A stretch of 64,000 bases of DNA from Octopus sinensis (GCF_006345805.1 NC_043006.1:76942001-77006000); one strand, 5' to 3'; counted from the first letter of the stretch, positions 1 through 13,370 are shown. A program made the numbers and translations. Notes: generated by a model from the sequence alone, not told the origin.

Positions 1-296
1 CTGACCATGGGATTGCACATAGAAAGTTACCCTTCCACGCACATGTCCGAGCAAGGCTGTCTATGGAAGACCAACAGTCGCTCATGCATACCAGGCTCCC
101 ATATCTATGATGCCGATCTTATTCAAGGGAAAGGCTAAGGCCCATACAGCTTCACACCAGTGACACCTCATTTCTACAGACGAATGAACTGGAGCAACAT
201 GAAAAAAGACGTCTTACTCAAGAATAGGACGGGTATCGAACTCACTATGTCATGATTGTGTGCCCGAAACTCTAACCACTGAGACATGCGCCTTCA
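1..296 (-). mobile_element. tRNA-derived SINE, family D (tRNA head + CTTGAGCAAGACAC-type central domain)
   Basis: Minus strand reads tgtctcagtggttag (A-box-like) ... gagttcgatacc (B-box) ... ttcttgagtaagacgtc ... gttgctccagttcattc. Related copies at 6630-6840(-), 21850-22010(-), 40915-41070(-), 46085-46260(+), 60572-60760(+). Confidence 0.75.
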
Positions 297-404
297 TATT
301 AATACCTCACTGAATATAAAATTCAAAGCATGCTCAATAAGAGTGATTAATATACATTTATACATTCATATGTATACATCCGCACACACATACGTACGTA
401 ACTA

Positions 405-406
405 TA

Positions 407-448
<42 letters not shown>

Positions 449-459
449 TTATCTATATA

Positions 460-512
<53 letters not shown>

Positions 513-513
513 C

Positions 514-568
<55 letters not shown>

Positions 569-575
569 CCTATAT
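405..575. repeat. (TA)n microsatellite, representative of dozens of (TA)n tracts in the window
   Basis: Directly visible. ORF 449..691 (YIYI) is its translation. Confidence 0.98.
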
Positions 576-1011
576 ACACACCTCATATGCATACGTATAT
601 ACATACGTACGGGCATACATATATGTAGTCTTACACACGTACACGTTCTGTTATTCTTACATGAAGATAAAAATCGTAAATATGTCAGCATTATTTCAGT
701 ATTATCACATAATTACATGAAATGCAAGAACTAGCAGGAGGAGCTACATCAATCAAATATGACATTTTCTGCTCCACTTAATATCCTATCTTTTGCTTAC
801 ACGATCGCGACTGGCCAAATTTTTTGTTTCCGTTTTCTGTTGCTTTTATTCCCCGCAGTTTTGTAGTTGTTGTTATGTAGAAATGCATATTGTCTTTGAG
901 TTCTTTGAATTAATGCCAAAAAAAAAATGCTTAACCAATTCCATGTCATCTATCAAATGCAGTTGTTGAACATAAATTTTTGCAATAAATTTGACATCCA
1001 CTCTGTATGTG

Positions 1012-1045
<34 letters not shown>

Positions 1046-1530
1046 TCTATTCCTTTATTTTCTCTCTCACCTCTCATACTTTCTTCTTCATCTTTCACTT
1101 TTGTTTTTCTTTTATCGCATCTTCGTATCTCTTCCTTCGTCTTCCTGTTGTTGTTGTTGCTTTTCTTCGTATCTTTTTCTTCTTCGTTTTCTTGTTGTTG
1201 TTGTTGTTGCTCTTCTTCTTCTTCTTCTTCTTCTTCTTCTTCTTCTTCATATCTTTTTCTTCTTCGTCTTCTTCTTCGTCGTCGTCTTCTTCTTCTTCTT
1301 CTTCTTCTTCTTCTTCATATTTCTTTCTTCGTTTTCTTGTTGTTGCTGTTGCTCTTCTTCGTATATTTTTCTGTTTTCTTGTTGTTGTTGTTGTTCTTCT
1401 TTTTCTTCGTACCTTTTTCTTCTTCGTCTTCTTGTTGTTATTGCTCTTCTCTGTTCTCCTCCTTGTTTTTCTTCTTCATTCTCTTCTTCTTTGTCTTCTT
1501 CGCGCAACATACACACACACACACACATTC
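1012..1530. repeat. Compound microsatellite/minisatellite: (CT)n, then recurring ~45-bp units built of CTT and GTT tracts, ending in (CA)n
   Basis: Unit tcttcgtatctttttcttcttcgt(t/c)ttcttgttgttg recurs about 5-6 times. It explains the poly-F/S/L/C ORFs 927..1625, 991..1566, 1007..1540 and 1247..1528. Confidence 0.9.
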
Positions 1531-2060
1531 ATACATTTGAATTCAGCAAAGCAAGTGAAAATTTAAACAAACTTAAATCTTTAAATATACATGAAAAAAA
1601 TCGAAATAAAGAAAAAAAAACATAACTATCATCTACATCAAGAAAATTAATTTTAAATGATTATAGTTCCTTACAGTTCAAAAGATTAAGATAAGTGAAA
1701 AATGAATAATTAATTCTCAAAATGTATTCCACTTTAGATTTAAAGTGATTTTCTCTTTTGTTAAAATAATTCAATCAGGGAAGTAAAGCCGCCATGAAAA
1801 TGACAAGTTACAAACATATGTTTAATGAAATAATGTTTATATACATAATATTAAAGTTCAATCAATAACAGAGATTCCATGAGAAAATATTGAAGTGTTT
1901 GACTTCATAGTTTGTATTACACGAATAATTAAGATGTTGAACTTTCAGATAAAAATGCAGGGTGTATAAGAATTTTTGTTTAGCAAAAGCATGGTTTCGT
2001 ATTCAATCCATGTATTATCTAGAGTCCTTCCTTTATCCAAAGGGGTGTGAATTGGGCTTT

Positions 2061-2272
2061 TATTTCTTACCCACAAGAGGATAAACATAGAGGGGACAAA
2101 CAAGGACAGACATAGATATTAAGTCGATTACATCGACCCCAGTGCGTAAAAGGTACCTAATTTATCGACCCCGAAAAGCAAAGTCGATCTCGGCGGAATT
2201 TGAACTCACAGCGTAACGAAATACGACTACGCATTTCACCCGGCGTGCTAACGTTTCTGCCAGCTCGCCACC
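2061..2272 (-). mobile_element. tRNA-derived SINE family A, long-tail variant
   Basis: Minus strand: ggcgagctggcagaaacgttag (A-box-like), gagttcaaattcc (B-box), body ending gtcgatgtaatcgac, tail ...cttgtgggtaagaaata. Confidence 0.9.
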
Positions 2273-2903
2273 GATTGTTAAACCACATAGCAGAATTCTT
2301 AGTTCCTTTTATAGCTAATAAGGCATTGTGAATTTTGGGAGCAAATATTACATTGAGAGGTTTTTAAACAATAAAATCGAATCCGGTACTTGAAAGTATT
2401 TTATGATCAGTAGAGGAATGGAAGGTAACGTCAACATTAACCGGATTTGAGCATAAAATGTAAAGAGGCGTAGTTAAATACCGCAAAGATATTTTTTCTA
2501 AATTTATAGTGCATGTTTATACATGTATCAGCAAAATTAGCTTCTAAACCTATCGCATTATTCATTAACTTGAAGTAAATGTAATGTAATATTCAATTAG
2601 CAAAATTTAGAGATTAATAATCTTACAAACGCTTTAAAATAGATGATATTCTACCATGGGTACTACTTCACAAATGTCGCAATAAAAGCAGCCGCCTCAT
2701 TTTCCAGGTAATATCTAGCAGTTATGATTTTATGAAATACTGTTTGAAGGTAACTGGATACATTAATTTGTGTTCGGAGCTAAAAAAGATTCTATGAAGT
2801 TTCAAGTACAAATCTAGCTGTAAGATTTGTACTTATAAAACAAAATTACCGAAGAGAGGAAAACAAGCTCTGTAGGCCTAATCTTGCAAAGTAAATAGTT
2901 TTA

Positions 2904-3131
2904 TATTTCTTTACTGCCCACAAGGGGCTAAACACAGAGGGGACAAACAGGGACAGACAAAGGGATTAAGTCGATTACATCGACCCCAGTGCGACACTGG
3001 TACTTTATTTATCGACCCCGAAAGGATGAAAGGCAAAGTCGACCTCGGCGGAATTTGAACTCAGAACGTAACGGCAGACGAAATACCGCTAAGCATTTCT
3101 CCCGGCGCGCTAACGTTTCTGCCAGCTCGCC
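2904..3131 (-). mobile_element. SINE family A, long-tail, full length
   Basis: Same head/body/tail as 2061-2272. Imperfect flanking duplication atagtt(t)tata. Confidence 0.92.
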
Positions 3132-3867
3132 ATAGTTATATACTGCTTTCTTGAAGAGGCATATCTCAATTAACATTAAGTATTAAGCATGATGGGAATT
3201 TCGAGCAACATGCATCTCTTCTATCTATTTTAAGCTCTTGGGTCTATTGGCTATTGATAATCTCAACATAAGAAAGGGCAGTGAATATTGACACGGCATG
3301 AACAGACTTAAAAAAAGGATACTGGAGAAAGCTACTCACAAAAGTTAGCTCCATTGTGGTATGCTGTGATGCATAATAATATACAAGGGCCTTTCATTAC
3401 TTAACCAAGTTATAGACAACTGTGCATTCTTATATATTTACCATTACTTTCAATTACTATTGTAAATAACGAACAGATTTGTTATTGCAAATTTCTCATT
3501 CCACATTCGTAAAGTAAATAACATTTGTTTCTTACATGACAAGAGTTTTCTACCTTTCTAGTATCTGTCATTTAGATAATAGGATTTTGTTTTTCATTGT
3601 TATTCTGATCTACTTAATTTACAGTGGACAGCTTCTTAAGATATGCACTTAATTTCGTGTTCTGTTTCATGGAAAATGTTAGATTTTTCAGGATAATGTA
3701 ATACCGTTCCAGTGTGAAGTTAAATCTATTATCCTAATAACTGTGCAATACAAAACGAAGAAAACACTCAAGTCGCTGAAACGTCAATTAAAACCATACT
3801 AGATTAGAGTCCCAATAATCATATCTGAGTTCTTGAGTCAGTAGGTTTTCGTGTCGATGAAGTCTAT

Positions 3868-3975
3868 CTCTCAGATCCGTTATTGTCTCGACGAGGAGCA
3901 ATAGCGGATCTGAGAGGTATGTCTTCCGTTTGCTAGTGTGTTAAATAGCAACACACTAGCAAACGGAAGACATAC
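3868..3975. other. Two abutting hairpins: 18-bp stem (3868-3885/3899-3916, one G-U pair) and perfect 26-bp stem (3917-3942/3950-3975, 7-nt loop)
   Basis: ctctcagatccgttattg / caatagcggatctgagag and gtatgtcttccgtttgctagtgtgtt / aacacactagcaaacggaagacatac are reverse complements, checked by eye. Confidence 0.95.
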
Positions 3976-4494
3976 TATATTCCATGATCACAATCGAGTT
4001 AAGCGAAGTCAGACACCGATTTGCATCAAAGAAAGTTTACTTTCAGAACTGGGTGTAGGGCATAATGTCTGACAGCAGAACTTCTGCTGGAAATTAGCAA
4101 GGCCAGCCGAACAAGATGCTGTTGGGTGTCAGGAGTTGGGTTCTTTTTACTGTGGTTTTTAGACATTCTTTAAAGAAGTAGCCTGATGGATAGTCACAGA
4201 TTCTTCTTAAGTATTCTGGTGATGCAGACCTGCCTGGAGTGCAAGAGTTGTTGAAATTTTTATTAAAAGTTTCTGAAGAACTAGCCTGCTTGGAAATTTT
4301 TCTTTTCGTGGAAAAGTATAGAGTAAATGTCTTAATCTAGCTTTTGCAATATTCTCCTTAGGTTTTGTTTATAAAGATTGTTCAACGATGCTATTTATTG
4401 ATTTTAAAAAAAAATTAATTGCTAAACTAATCAAAATAGAAATTGTAAATCATGCAAACAATGGTGTCTGAGTGTAGCTTAAACCGTAGGTTAT

Positions 4495-4607
4495 ACATAC
4501 ATGCATGCATACATACATACATACATACATACATACATACATACATACATACATACATACATACATACATACATACATACATGCATACACACACACACGC
4601 AAACACA

Positions 4608-4640
<33 letters not shown>
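4495..4640. repeat. (CATA)n then (CA)n microsatellite; similar tract at 6905-7045
   Basis: Directly visible. Explains the HTYI/MYVC ORFs. Confidence 0.97.
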
Positions 4641-4643
<3 letters not shown>

Positions 4644-5905
4644 AGTTAAGATCTTGTACAAATACACAGAAGAGAATGCTTGCAGCAGAATGCCATCACA
4701 TGACCCTGCTCCACGAGCGCATTATCTTTACCTGCTTTGATCGTGTCAAATCATACTAATAATATAACATGCCTTTTGTATATGTGCCTTGCAGACAAAC
4801 TAACGAAAGCAGAAGCCACTTGAATATTTTATAGCCAGCCACTAGATAAGCAAATACAGTCTGTAAAATAAATACAATTATACAAACAGACAAATATGCA
4901 GAAGAATAGCCCGTCAGCCATTTTGAAAACTTGCTCAGACGCAAATAATAATAGACCGATAAAGAAACTCCATGGCAGTTGTTTACATTAAGATCCCTTT
5001 AAGAATGACTCTGATTTTTATCATTATAGTGGTCTATAACAAGCATTGATTTTTTTCTTCTTATAATCTGACAGCCAAGTAACTTTGTATAAATCTGTCG
5101 AAGTCAGTTTATCAGCATAGTACATAGTGGTCATTTGCTAAATGTGATATTAGTGAAACAACTGATTAGATAAGTAAACAGACGAATTTATTCATTTCAC
5201 TTTGAGGGCTGTCTCATTGTTCTGGCTACAGTGGCGACAGCTGTAGACTAAGTAGAATGAAATCGTTCATTCGTCAAGATCAACTGACTCTAAGCATTGT
5301 AAGTTTGTTTGAGTTCAGTTCACATTAATTACATCTCTCCTTCACCCGGGGAAATGCATGATGATCACAACATTTTATTTCTTCATTCATGAAATCATGG
5401 CCTATTACCCAACAAACAAACAAATATTTATTGTTCACTCACACGTAAATACACCTGCATTTTATATGCATAAATGTTAATACGCATGACTCGCGTCTTT
5501 GATACGCTTGTTTGGCTTTTAAATTTTAAATTATAAAACGTTTAAATGCTGCTTTTAACAATGGAAAATAAGAGAGAGGATCCTTCGATGACAATGTCAG
5601 AATAAGATGAAAGCATGTACGCTGTTTTTCATTGAATTTTTGTGTCGTATTTAATTTTAACGCTCTAAATAGCATATGAATTACCCATGTTCAATCTAGC
5701 AACATCCTAGCACGAAAGAACTAATGAACGTCTCATATTCTCCAAGCTGGTCTTTCCTTTTTTCAACATGTTTGAAGTTTGTTAGCCCCTATTATATATC
5801 TTTCTTCCTCACTAGTTCTAACTCAAGTCTCCATCGAATCCCACCCCCAGCGCTTTTGAATTTCTTACCTATCTTTTTCAAATGTGCAAGCATTCTTTTT
5901 GATAA

Positions 5906-6137
5906 TTTTTTTTTATTGCCCACAGGGTGATAAACATAGAGGGGACAAATAAGGACAGACAAAGGGATTAAGTTGATAGCATCAACCCCAGTGCGTAACT
6001 GGTGCTTATTTAATCGACGCCGAAAGAATGAAAGGCAAAGTCGACCTCGGCGGAATTTGAACTCAGAAGGTTGCGAGAGACGAAATACCATTATGCATTT
6101 CGCCTGGCGTGCTAACGATTCTGCCAGCTCACCGCCC
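5906..6137 (-). mobile_element. SINE family A, long-tail
   Basis: Same diagnostic head, body and tail. ORF 5792..6091 is its read-through. Confidence 0.9.
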
Positions 6138-6552
6138 TAATTTAATCGTCACACAATCGTTCCCGCCAACATTCCATGACGTTTTTTTTCTAATTTCTAG
6201 GCTTTTTACTGCTTGTATTCCTTTTCTTGTTTTTGATCTATGAATAAGACTTATGTCCTTTGACATGTACCACTTTATGATTTCTATTTCTCACTGATCT
6301 TTCATTTTGTTCTTATTCTCTTCTTCTTATCCAGTCTTAGTATTCTGTGCCACCAGACCAACAGAACACGCGTACATACACACACACAGTTAGGCTAAAG
6401 CTTACAAAAGATGTTTGTTCTGGTCTCACGGGTAGCAATCATCTTTTTCTATCCAAAGGCTGTTTTAATGCGATATTTACGCTCAATTGTCTTTAGCTTA
6501 TTCGCTTCAAGTTTTACCGCCACCAATAAGAATTATATATTATATATATATA

Positions 6553-6617
<65 letters not shown>

Positions 6618-6629
6618 TATATATATATA

Positions 6630-6840
6630 CGATGGTTATGTGATCAACCAGACTATCAGATGTTGTTATACATTGCTGGTTACAATGCACTTCCGTTGCA
6701 GTGTTAACCATTACTGCTGAGTGGAGTGGAGGAATGAGGAATGAAATATTTTGCTCAAAATCACAACCCGTTGCTTCGTCTGCGAATTGAACCTACGATC
6801 CCTAAATCGTGAGTGCGACACCCAAACTACTTGGCTAAGT
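6630..6840 (-). mobile_element. SINE family D-like copy with aacatctgatagtctgg tail
   Basis: The tail (reverse complement of 6630-6700) matches the plus-strand tail at 13530-13590. Head has a degenerate B-box ggttcaattcgc. Confidence 0.6.
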
Positions 6841-8039
6841 CTCTCTCTTCCTCTCACCCTTTCTCTCTCGTCTTGCTGTATATATATATATATATATATA
6901 TACATGTGTATGTATGTATGTATGTATGTATGTATGTATGTATGTATGCTTGCATGTATGTATGTATGTATGTATGTATGTATGTATGTATGTATGCATG
7001 CATGTATGTATGTATGTATGTATGTATGTATGTATGTATGTATGTATCGCTCTGTTCTTCTCTGGTTTCCTCCTTGGCTCCCTGAAATTTTACGTCTGAA
7101 AGCTAAGACATTTTCTCCTCTTCTCAGCAAGCCGACATTTTATATTTTGCAACATTTGTTCCGGTTCTCTACGATCGACTCTACATTTCAGCGATCTGGG
7201 ACAGATTAAATAAAGAACAAGTGAAGTACTTCAGTGGATCCTAGTAGTAGTAGTAGTAGTAGTGGTAGTAGTTCTTTTTCGTCATCATCACACCCTACAG
7301 TCTTAAATAGAAGTATCGTAGTCTTAATAACCTCCACCGGTTATTAACGCGTCAGTGGCTAACTTAGTAAGCCACTAGTCTTTTGAAACAATTCGAGAAG
7401 CACGTCTAAGACTAACGCATATGATTGACTTTTTTTAGAGACAAAACAATAATTCCTGATGACACTTCAGCTGTAATACGTTCCATATTCTCGTTTTCAT
7501 TCGTTTGTGGTGACGGCAGTGGTGGTGACACCAGTGGTGCCAAATCTGACGTGGCGGCTTCGGTTACTTGGTCATTTAACCTAATACTAATTCTTAGATA
7601 GAAACAGAATGACAGAATATGTGAAAAAAGCTAAAGGCTTCCATTATGATCATAATCCATTTGCCGGGTTAGGGTTAGGGTTATCGACTACTGCAGAAAA
7701 GTAGCAAGAGTGGGGTCAAAAACGGGTGAAATTATTCTGTAGCTTATCATACCTGTTAATCAAAGTGGGATCATCAAAAGTATCTTAACTTCGAAGTACT
7801 GAGAACCCTTGTTACAATGCTGTGTCTTCCCGGGTTTGACTTGCAAAGGATGATTACAAACGGATTACGTTGGACTTAACTTCCACTGTATCAGATTTGA
7901 TTTGGGTTTATACAACAGTGCGGACGTGTGGTGGAATGGTTTGTGTGTAGGGCTCAAAACCGTTAAGTCGTAGGTTTGATTCTTGAACGGAGTGATTGTT
8001 GTGTTTATGAGTACTTACTCCTTAAACTCTTCTCTCTCT

Positions 8040-8260
8040 ATGCAGTATAGGCCCTCGACGATTTTCCTCCGCTGCTCTCAACTATGGGTAGTATCTTCTG
8101 CTTCTTGATCCCTGCATTTTCAGCTCTCACTCAATACCCCGTTTCCCATTGATTTTAGGGCATGCTCCCTTCGGCCTTCCTTATGGGTTCTAGGAACTGA
8201 TCCCCTTAAGGATGATGGCTTCCTTAAGGTCCAGCCCTTTAAATCACACTTGCACTTCAT
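8040..8260 (-). mobile_element. Degenerate 3' end of an RTE-type LINE
   Basis: Minus translation contains a GRPKG-like motif followed by a spacing resembling the RTE C-terminal GRP..TW.R..E.EL...WR motif. Frameshifted and recognised by eye. Confidence 0.4.
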
Positions 8261-9632
8261 ATCTCTCATGTTTCTCTTAGGAAGAAATATTCTTCCTCTT
8301 TGTAGTGTATCTATGGGTGAGTCACTTCATTTCACGCTCTTTCACTCCACTCAGCTGAAAATGAGCATCAATGATAGCTGAAAATAGAAGGTTACCGCTG
8401 CGGTGGTCTGGCATCCTGTTGAGCGTAGAAGAGTAAGCCGTGTACTCCTTTATATTCTCAGCTCGTTAAACGCAAGGAAAGTTAATTCCCGGCCTAATGG
8501 ACGGACCAGTAGTTTTCTAAACAACAGACATAACAATAACAACAAAAAACAACCGTAATAGCAAGTCAACCATAGAGACTGAAGTCGAAGAAGAACATCA
8601 ACAACAACAACAGCAGCAGCAGTCTCTGACTTCCTACGCAACCGCTGAGCCTGGATGCGCATTCATCCATCCGTCGATGCTCTCGGTGTCGGGGGTCGAC
8701 CTGCTTTCTCTTCTGCGGGTCTTACGAATAGCTAAGGACCACGTTTCGGACTTCTCCTGAGGCGCGATCTTGTGAGCTCTGGGAAGAAGACCGCTTCGCT
8801 CAACAAACAAAGCAGCAGCAATAGCAGCAGCAACAGCAGCAGCAAAAGCCAATCAAAATCAAGAGGTTGGTGTATGTTACGGTTGAAGTGTCATTAATAA
8901 AATGCTGTTTTGTCTCTACTAAAGTCAATGATATGCATATGTGTCAAGCTTGTCAGTCTCTCAATTTCTTTCAAACACAAGTCGATCAACAAGTCTGCTA
9001 AGATATTTCATTGCTATAGCATATATTATAAACATTCTGTGAAAACATTAATGCTATTTTATTTTATTCTTGTTTTTTTTCTTTTTAATGTTTTTTGTGT
9101 TCTCTTCAAGGTCTTCTTTTGTTTCAATCGAAATATCGACTAGACACATCAGGTCGACACATTACCATTAGTAGCAAGAAGTTGAAATGGACTGACTCAA
9201 ATAACCAGTGTTGGAGGCTATACATCACTTTGCTTTAACGCAATGAAAATTATAGCAAATAATGATATGAACTTTCGATATGGCTGTGAGTTACACAACC
9301 ATTCAGTTACACATACATACATGCATTCATTTCGTACATACATACATATATATATATATACATGCATACGTACGTACATTCAAATACACACACGCAACTA
9401 CTGGATCGCACATACATAAGTATTTCAGCAAACATGGAAAAATAGATATATTGGGAAAATGAACTATATACAAACACATACACACACACGCACACACATA
9501 GATGTATAGATGTATGTAAGTATGCATATGAGAGTGTGCGTGTTTAACGAATTTTTCAGGCGAAAGAAAATATATTTTGCTATAGCACACCTATTGATTG
9601 AGATTTCTTATATATATATATTTATACATAAA

Positions 9633-9703
<71 letters not shown>

Positions 9704-10296
9704 AATGCATATGTATGTGTGTATATATATATAAATATATATGTGTACTATGTTACATATATGGCGGGTTTTACAAACATGGGAAACAGAACTCAAAATG
9801 TAAAGCAAAGCGTATATATACACATACACACTAACACACACACACACATCGGAATCGTGTAAAACCCAGTTGACGGGTATTGAACAAGCGTCGTATTTGA
9901 AAACAAATAAGGATTCTCAAATAAAATCTTTGATATCTGTCACATTGATCACCCCCAATGTTCTGCTTTGACCTTCAACAATATAAAACAATGCATAACA
10001 TCAGCCCTACGGGACGCATTTAATGAACTCAACTCGTTTAGCTAGTAATTCGGTCAGCTCTTTATTTTAAGGGTAACTTTCTCTCTTGCTGTCTTCTTTT
10101 AGGGCCCCACCGCCCTCCAAAAGATCAAGGTTCCGTTTTATTAATAGTGATGGACACAAAGATATATTTTTGCAATTCTTCATTAAAACAGGGATTAAGT
10201 TAAATTACTGATTGTGTGCGCACGCGTGTATATGTGTGTGTGTGTGCCTGGTTTGCGTATGTATGCTTGTGTGTATGTATATTAATGTTTGTTAAA

Positions 10297-10528
10297 GGCG
10301 GCGAGCTGGCAGAATCGTTAGCACGCCGGGCGAAATGCTTCGCAGTATTTCGTCTGCCGCTACGTTCTGAGTTCAAATTCCGCCGAGGTCGACTTTGCCT
10401 TTCATCCTTTCGGGCATCGATAAATAAAGTACCAGTTTCGCACTGGAGTCGATGTAATCGACTTAATCCCTTTGTCTGTCCTTGCTTGTCCCCTCTATGT
10501 TTAGCCCCCTGTGGGCAGTAAAGAAATA
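10297..10528 (+). mobile_element. SINE family A, long-tail, full length with target-site duplication
   Basis: ggcggcgagctggcagaatcgttag ... gagttcaaattcc ... gtgggcagtaaagaaata. The sequence tatattaatgttt is present near both flanks. Confidence 0.93.
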
Positions 10529-10989
10529 TATATATATATTAATGTTTATTGGTTTATTTTTGCTTTTAATCTATAAAAAACAATTTAACATTAAACTGAA
10601 ACATTAATTCTACGTATTAATTTTTACAATGACTTCGAAGAATCAGCTTGCTCGCCACTGTCTTTAATCTTCTCTCTAGAATAAGTGTTTCTCTCTTTGT
10701 TTTAATAATCTTACTATGTATGTTACAGTCATTGACAAGCTGTGGCAATTATACTGGTTCTGTTTTTCTTTTCTAGTCATTTCTTTTAATTACTTTAGTA
10801 GGTATATCATTTATATTAAATTGCTTTGTAATGTCTGGTAAGTTCATTTCATTTTGAAATTGTTTCCATGTATTAATTTTCATTTCCAGATAACTCGATT
10901 TTGTTGACATTTGAAACTTTATTATTCAACCTCGGTGATATTTAACAAACTATACAATAAATAAATCTAGCTCAAGTGTTATTTTAGGG

Positions 10990-11293
10990 CGGTGGTTCTC
11001 AACTGGGGTCCATATGCTGCCCAGGTGTCCATTTATCAAGGATCCATTATATTGATTATAAAGAACACCCTCGGGAGTCCATTTAAGGATAACTTGCGAT
11101 GGGATTTTGTTGTTAAAGTTTATGCGCAATAAACAAAATACAAAATATTTTAACAACTTTCTTACATAATTCCTAATAATATTTAATTGTAAAAATACAA
11201 GATCTTTTTAAACATCAGATGTCTATGAGCGTCTAGTAGAGTAAAATAAGAATGAAAGAGACTTAGAGGCAGAAAAATGGTTGAAAACCACTG
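10990..11293. mobile_element. hAT (Charlie-like) MITE
   Basis: Terminal inverted repeats CGGTGGTTCTCAAC (10990) and GTTGAAAACCACTG (11280-11293), 12/14 match, resembling the CAGTGGTTCTCAA hAT terminus. No clear 8-bp TSD. Confidence 0.6.
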
Positions 11294-11377
11294 GTTTTCC
11301 TTACTATTGAAGTGAAATGAAAGTAAATTGAAACGTAAAACCAAAGTGCTAACAGCTTAGTGGTATTTCAGCAGATA

Positions 11378-11560
11378 TGTTTCTTTATTAGCCACACAGG
11401 GCTGAACCCAGAGGGGCCAAATTACAAAGTAGAGCTATTCTTTTTGGTGAGAAAAAAAGGGGGCGGGTAGGTTTTCGATCAAAAGGGATCGTAAAAAAAG
11501 AAAGAAAAAAGAAAAAAACATCACTAGGGATCAGGTATCACAGAAATGTCTTGCCCATGC
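11378..11560 (-). mobile_element. Second, short 3'-UTR copy of the Tx1-like LINE at 33561-34374
   Basis: Reverse complement reads ctgtgatacctgatccct...gatcccttttgatcgaaacctac...aaaagaatagctctactttgtaa...cagccctgtgtggctaataaagaaac, colinear with 34045-34373. Confidence 0.8.
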
Positions 11561-13013
11561 CTGATCAATGTCCTTCATCCTACACATTGTTAAACGTACA
11601 GCTCAATTTCCCTTGATTATATTTCAGGTAATGCTCTCAGAATAACACGCAAAATGCTTGCTGTTAAGGGGTACCCATACTTGATTATTAGATTCTTCAG
11701 TTCTAATCTTTGTTAAAGCAGTACAGCTTGATAACACTTACAGGTTAATTTCACATTTTAATATAATACTTTTGTTATATATTATTTTAGATTTCTGATG
11801 TCAAAGTTACGAATTATTTGTTTCTAAGTAAAGACTAAAATCATCAGACCTAGAATGGCGTTAAGTTAATCTCTTTAGATGAAAAGAAGTTATAAAGACT
11901 GACTGAGATCCAAGAGAGCATAATTGCTGCTATTCCGTGTTCAAAGTGGAAAACGAAATGGAATGAAACGAAATAGATGCGAATGAAACGGAACGAATTA
12001 CAAGGAATGAGACTGTGGTCATGAATGAATACCGTGTAATTGAATACAATTAGAGTGGTAAATTCGGTGGAGATTATGGGAAGCAATAACATTAATATCT
12101 GTTTTGAGTTTCGCTGTCAAATCTGTATCATACCAGCCGCGTATGCATATTTTATTTTTCACCAAAATATTATCTGATCATTTATTATTACACATAATGG
12201 GAGCATTGAGTAGCAAATCAATAGCCTCTATTGATCCATCCTGTCTCTGTCTCTCTCTCTCTCTCACACACACTCTCACTCTCATTCTCTTTCAGAATTT
12301 CCTACCCACTCTCTTCCTTCTTTTTTTCTTTTACATTATATATTTATTTATGCCTTTCTTTTGCAATAACACAATCTATTTACCCGATCATTTGACTGGT
12401 CGATGTCAAATGGCTTAACTTACAATTTATTTGTCTTATGAAGCACTCAACCAATTCCAATAAGTATATGTGACATCCTCTTCTTCCACCACAGCTCCCA
12501 CCCCATACACGCGATGTCACATACTTTTTGTTACGCTCTGGCGTTGTCGTTGTCCTTATAATTTATCTAATCTAGTTTTATACAAGACATTTAATCCTAC
12601 AGTGTTTGTTTCTCGTCATTAATAAATAATAGTCGACGTTTCCACGACATCATCGTATTAATTTTTTTGGTCAATTATTCTCCTACTTGTTTCAGTCATT
12701 CGATTTCGACCACGCTGGGGCACCGCCTTCATAAGTTTAGTCGAACAAATTCGCTCTAAGCTTTAATTTGTTTTGGAAGTCTGGCAACAATTCTGTCATT
12801 TGTCTTTGCTGAACTGCTATGTTACGGAAATGTAAACCAGCCAACAGCGCTTCTCAAGCAGAAGGGATACAAATGTAACTTCTCCGTATGTATGTAAGGA
12901 GAGGCTGCTCTTATTTCTAGCAATGTAGGTGTTCAAACACCCTAATCATATTTAGCGATTATTATAGTTTTCCTTTTTGGTAATACAAAGCACACAGCTG
13001 TCTATACTAATTT

Positions 13014-13058
<45 letters not shown>

Positions 13059-13189
13059 TATTATATATATATATATAGAATAGTTGTATACTGTCAATCT
13101 ATCGCCCCACCACCGTACATGTCTCTACGAGAGATTTAGAAATTTAGTATTTCTGATATATATATATATAGATATCTTTATATGTATGT

Positions 13190-13370
13190 ATCGTGTGTGT
13201 ACCGCTGGCGATTTTCCCCCCGTCTTCTCTTCTTTGGATCTTTCATGTTTCTGACGAAGAGCTCAACTCGAAACGTTAAACCCTCTTTCTTTCCTTCTTT
13301 CCTGAGCGTCCAGTAATACTATACTTGTTCCACGTTCTCGCGTTTTCTCTTTGTGTTTTCATGTTCGGAT

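Noticed and set aside
3760-3795. gctgaaacgtc as a hammerhead GAAAC-GUC half
   Set aside because: No CUGANGA core or stem II upstream.
8735-8770. Minus-strand ctcaggagaagtccgaaacgtggtc as a hammerhead
   Set aside because: The core has G5 changed and no credible stem II or stem I.
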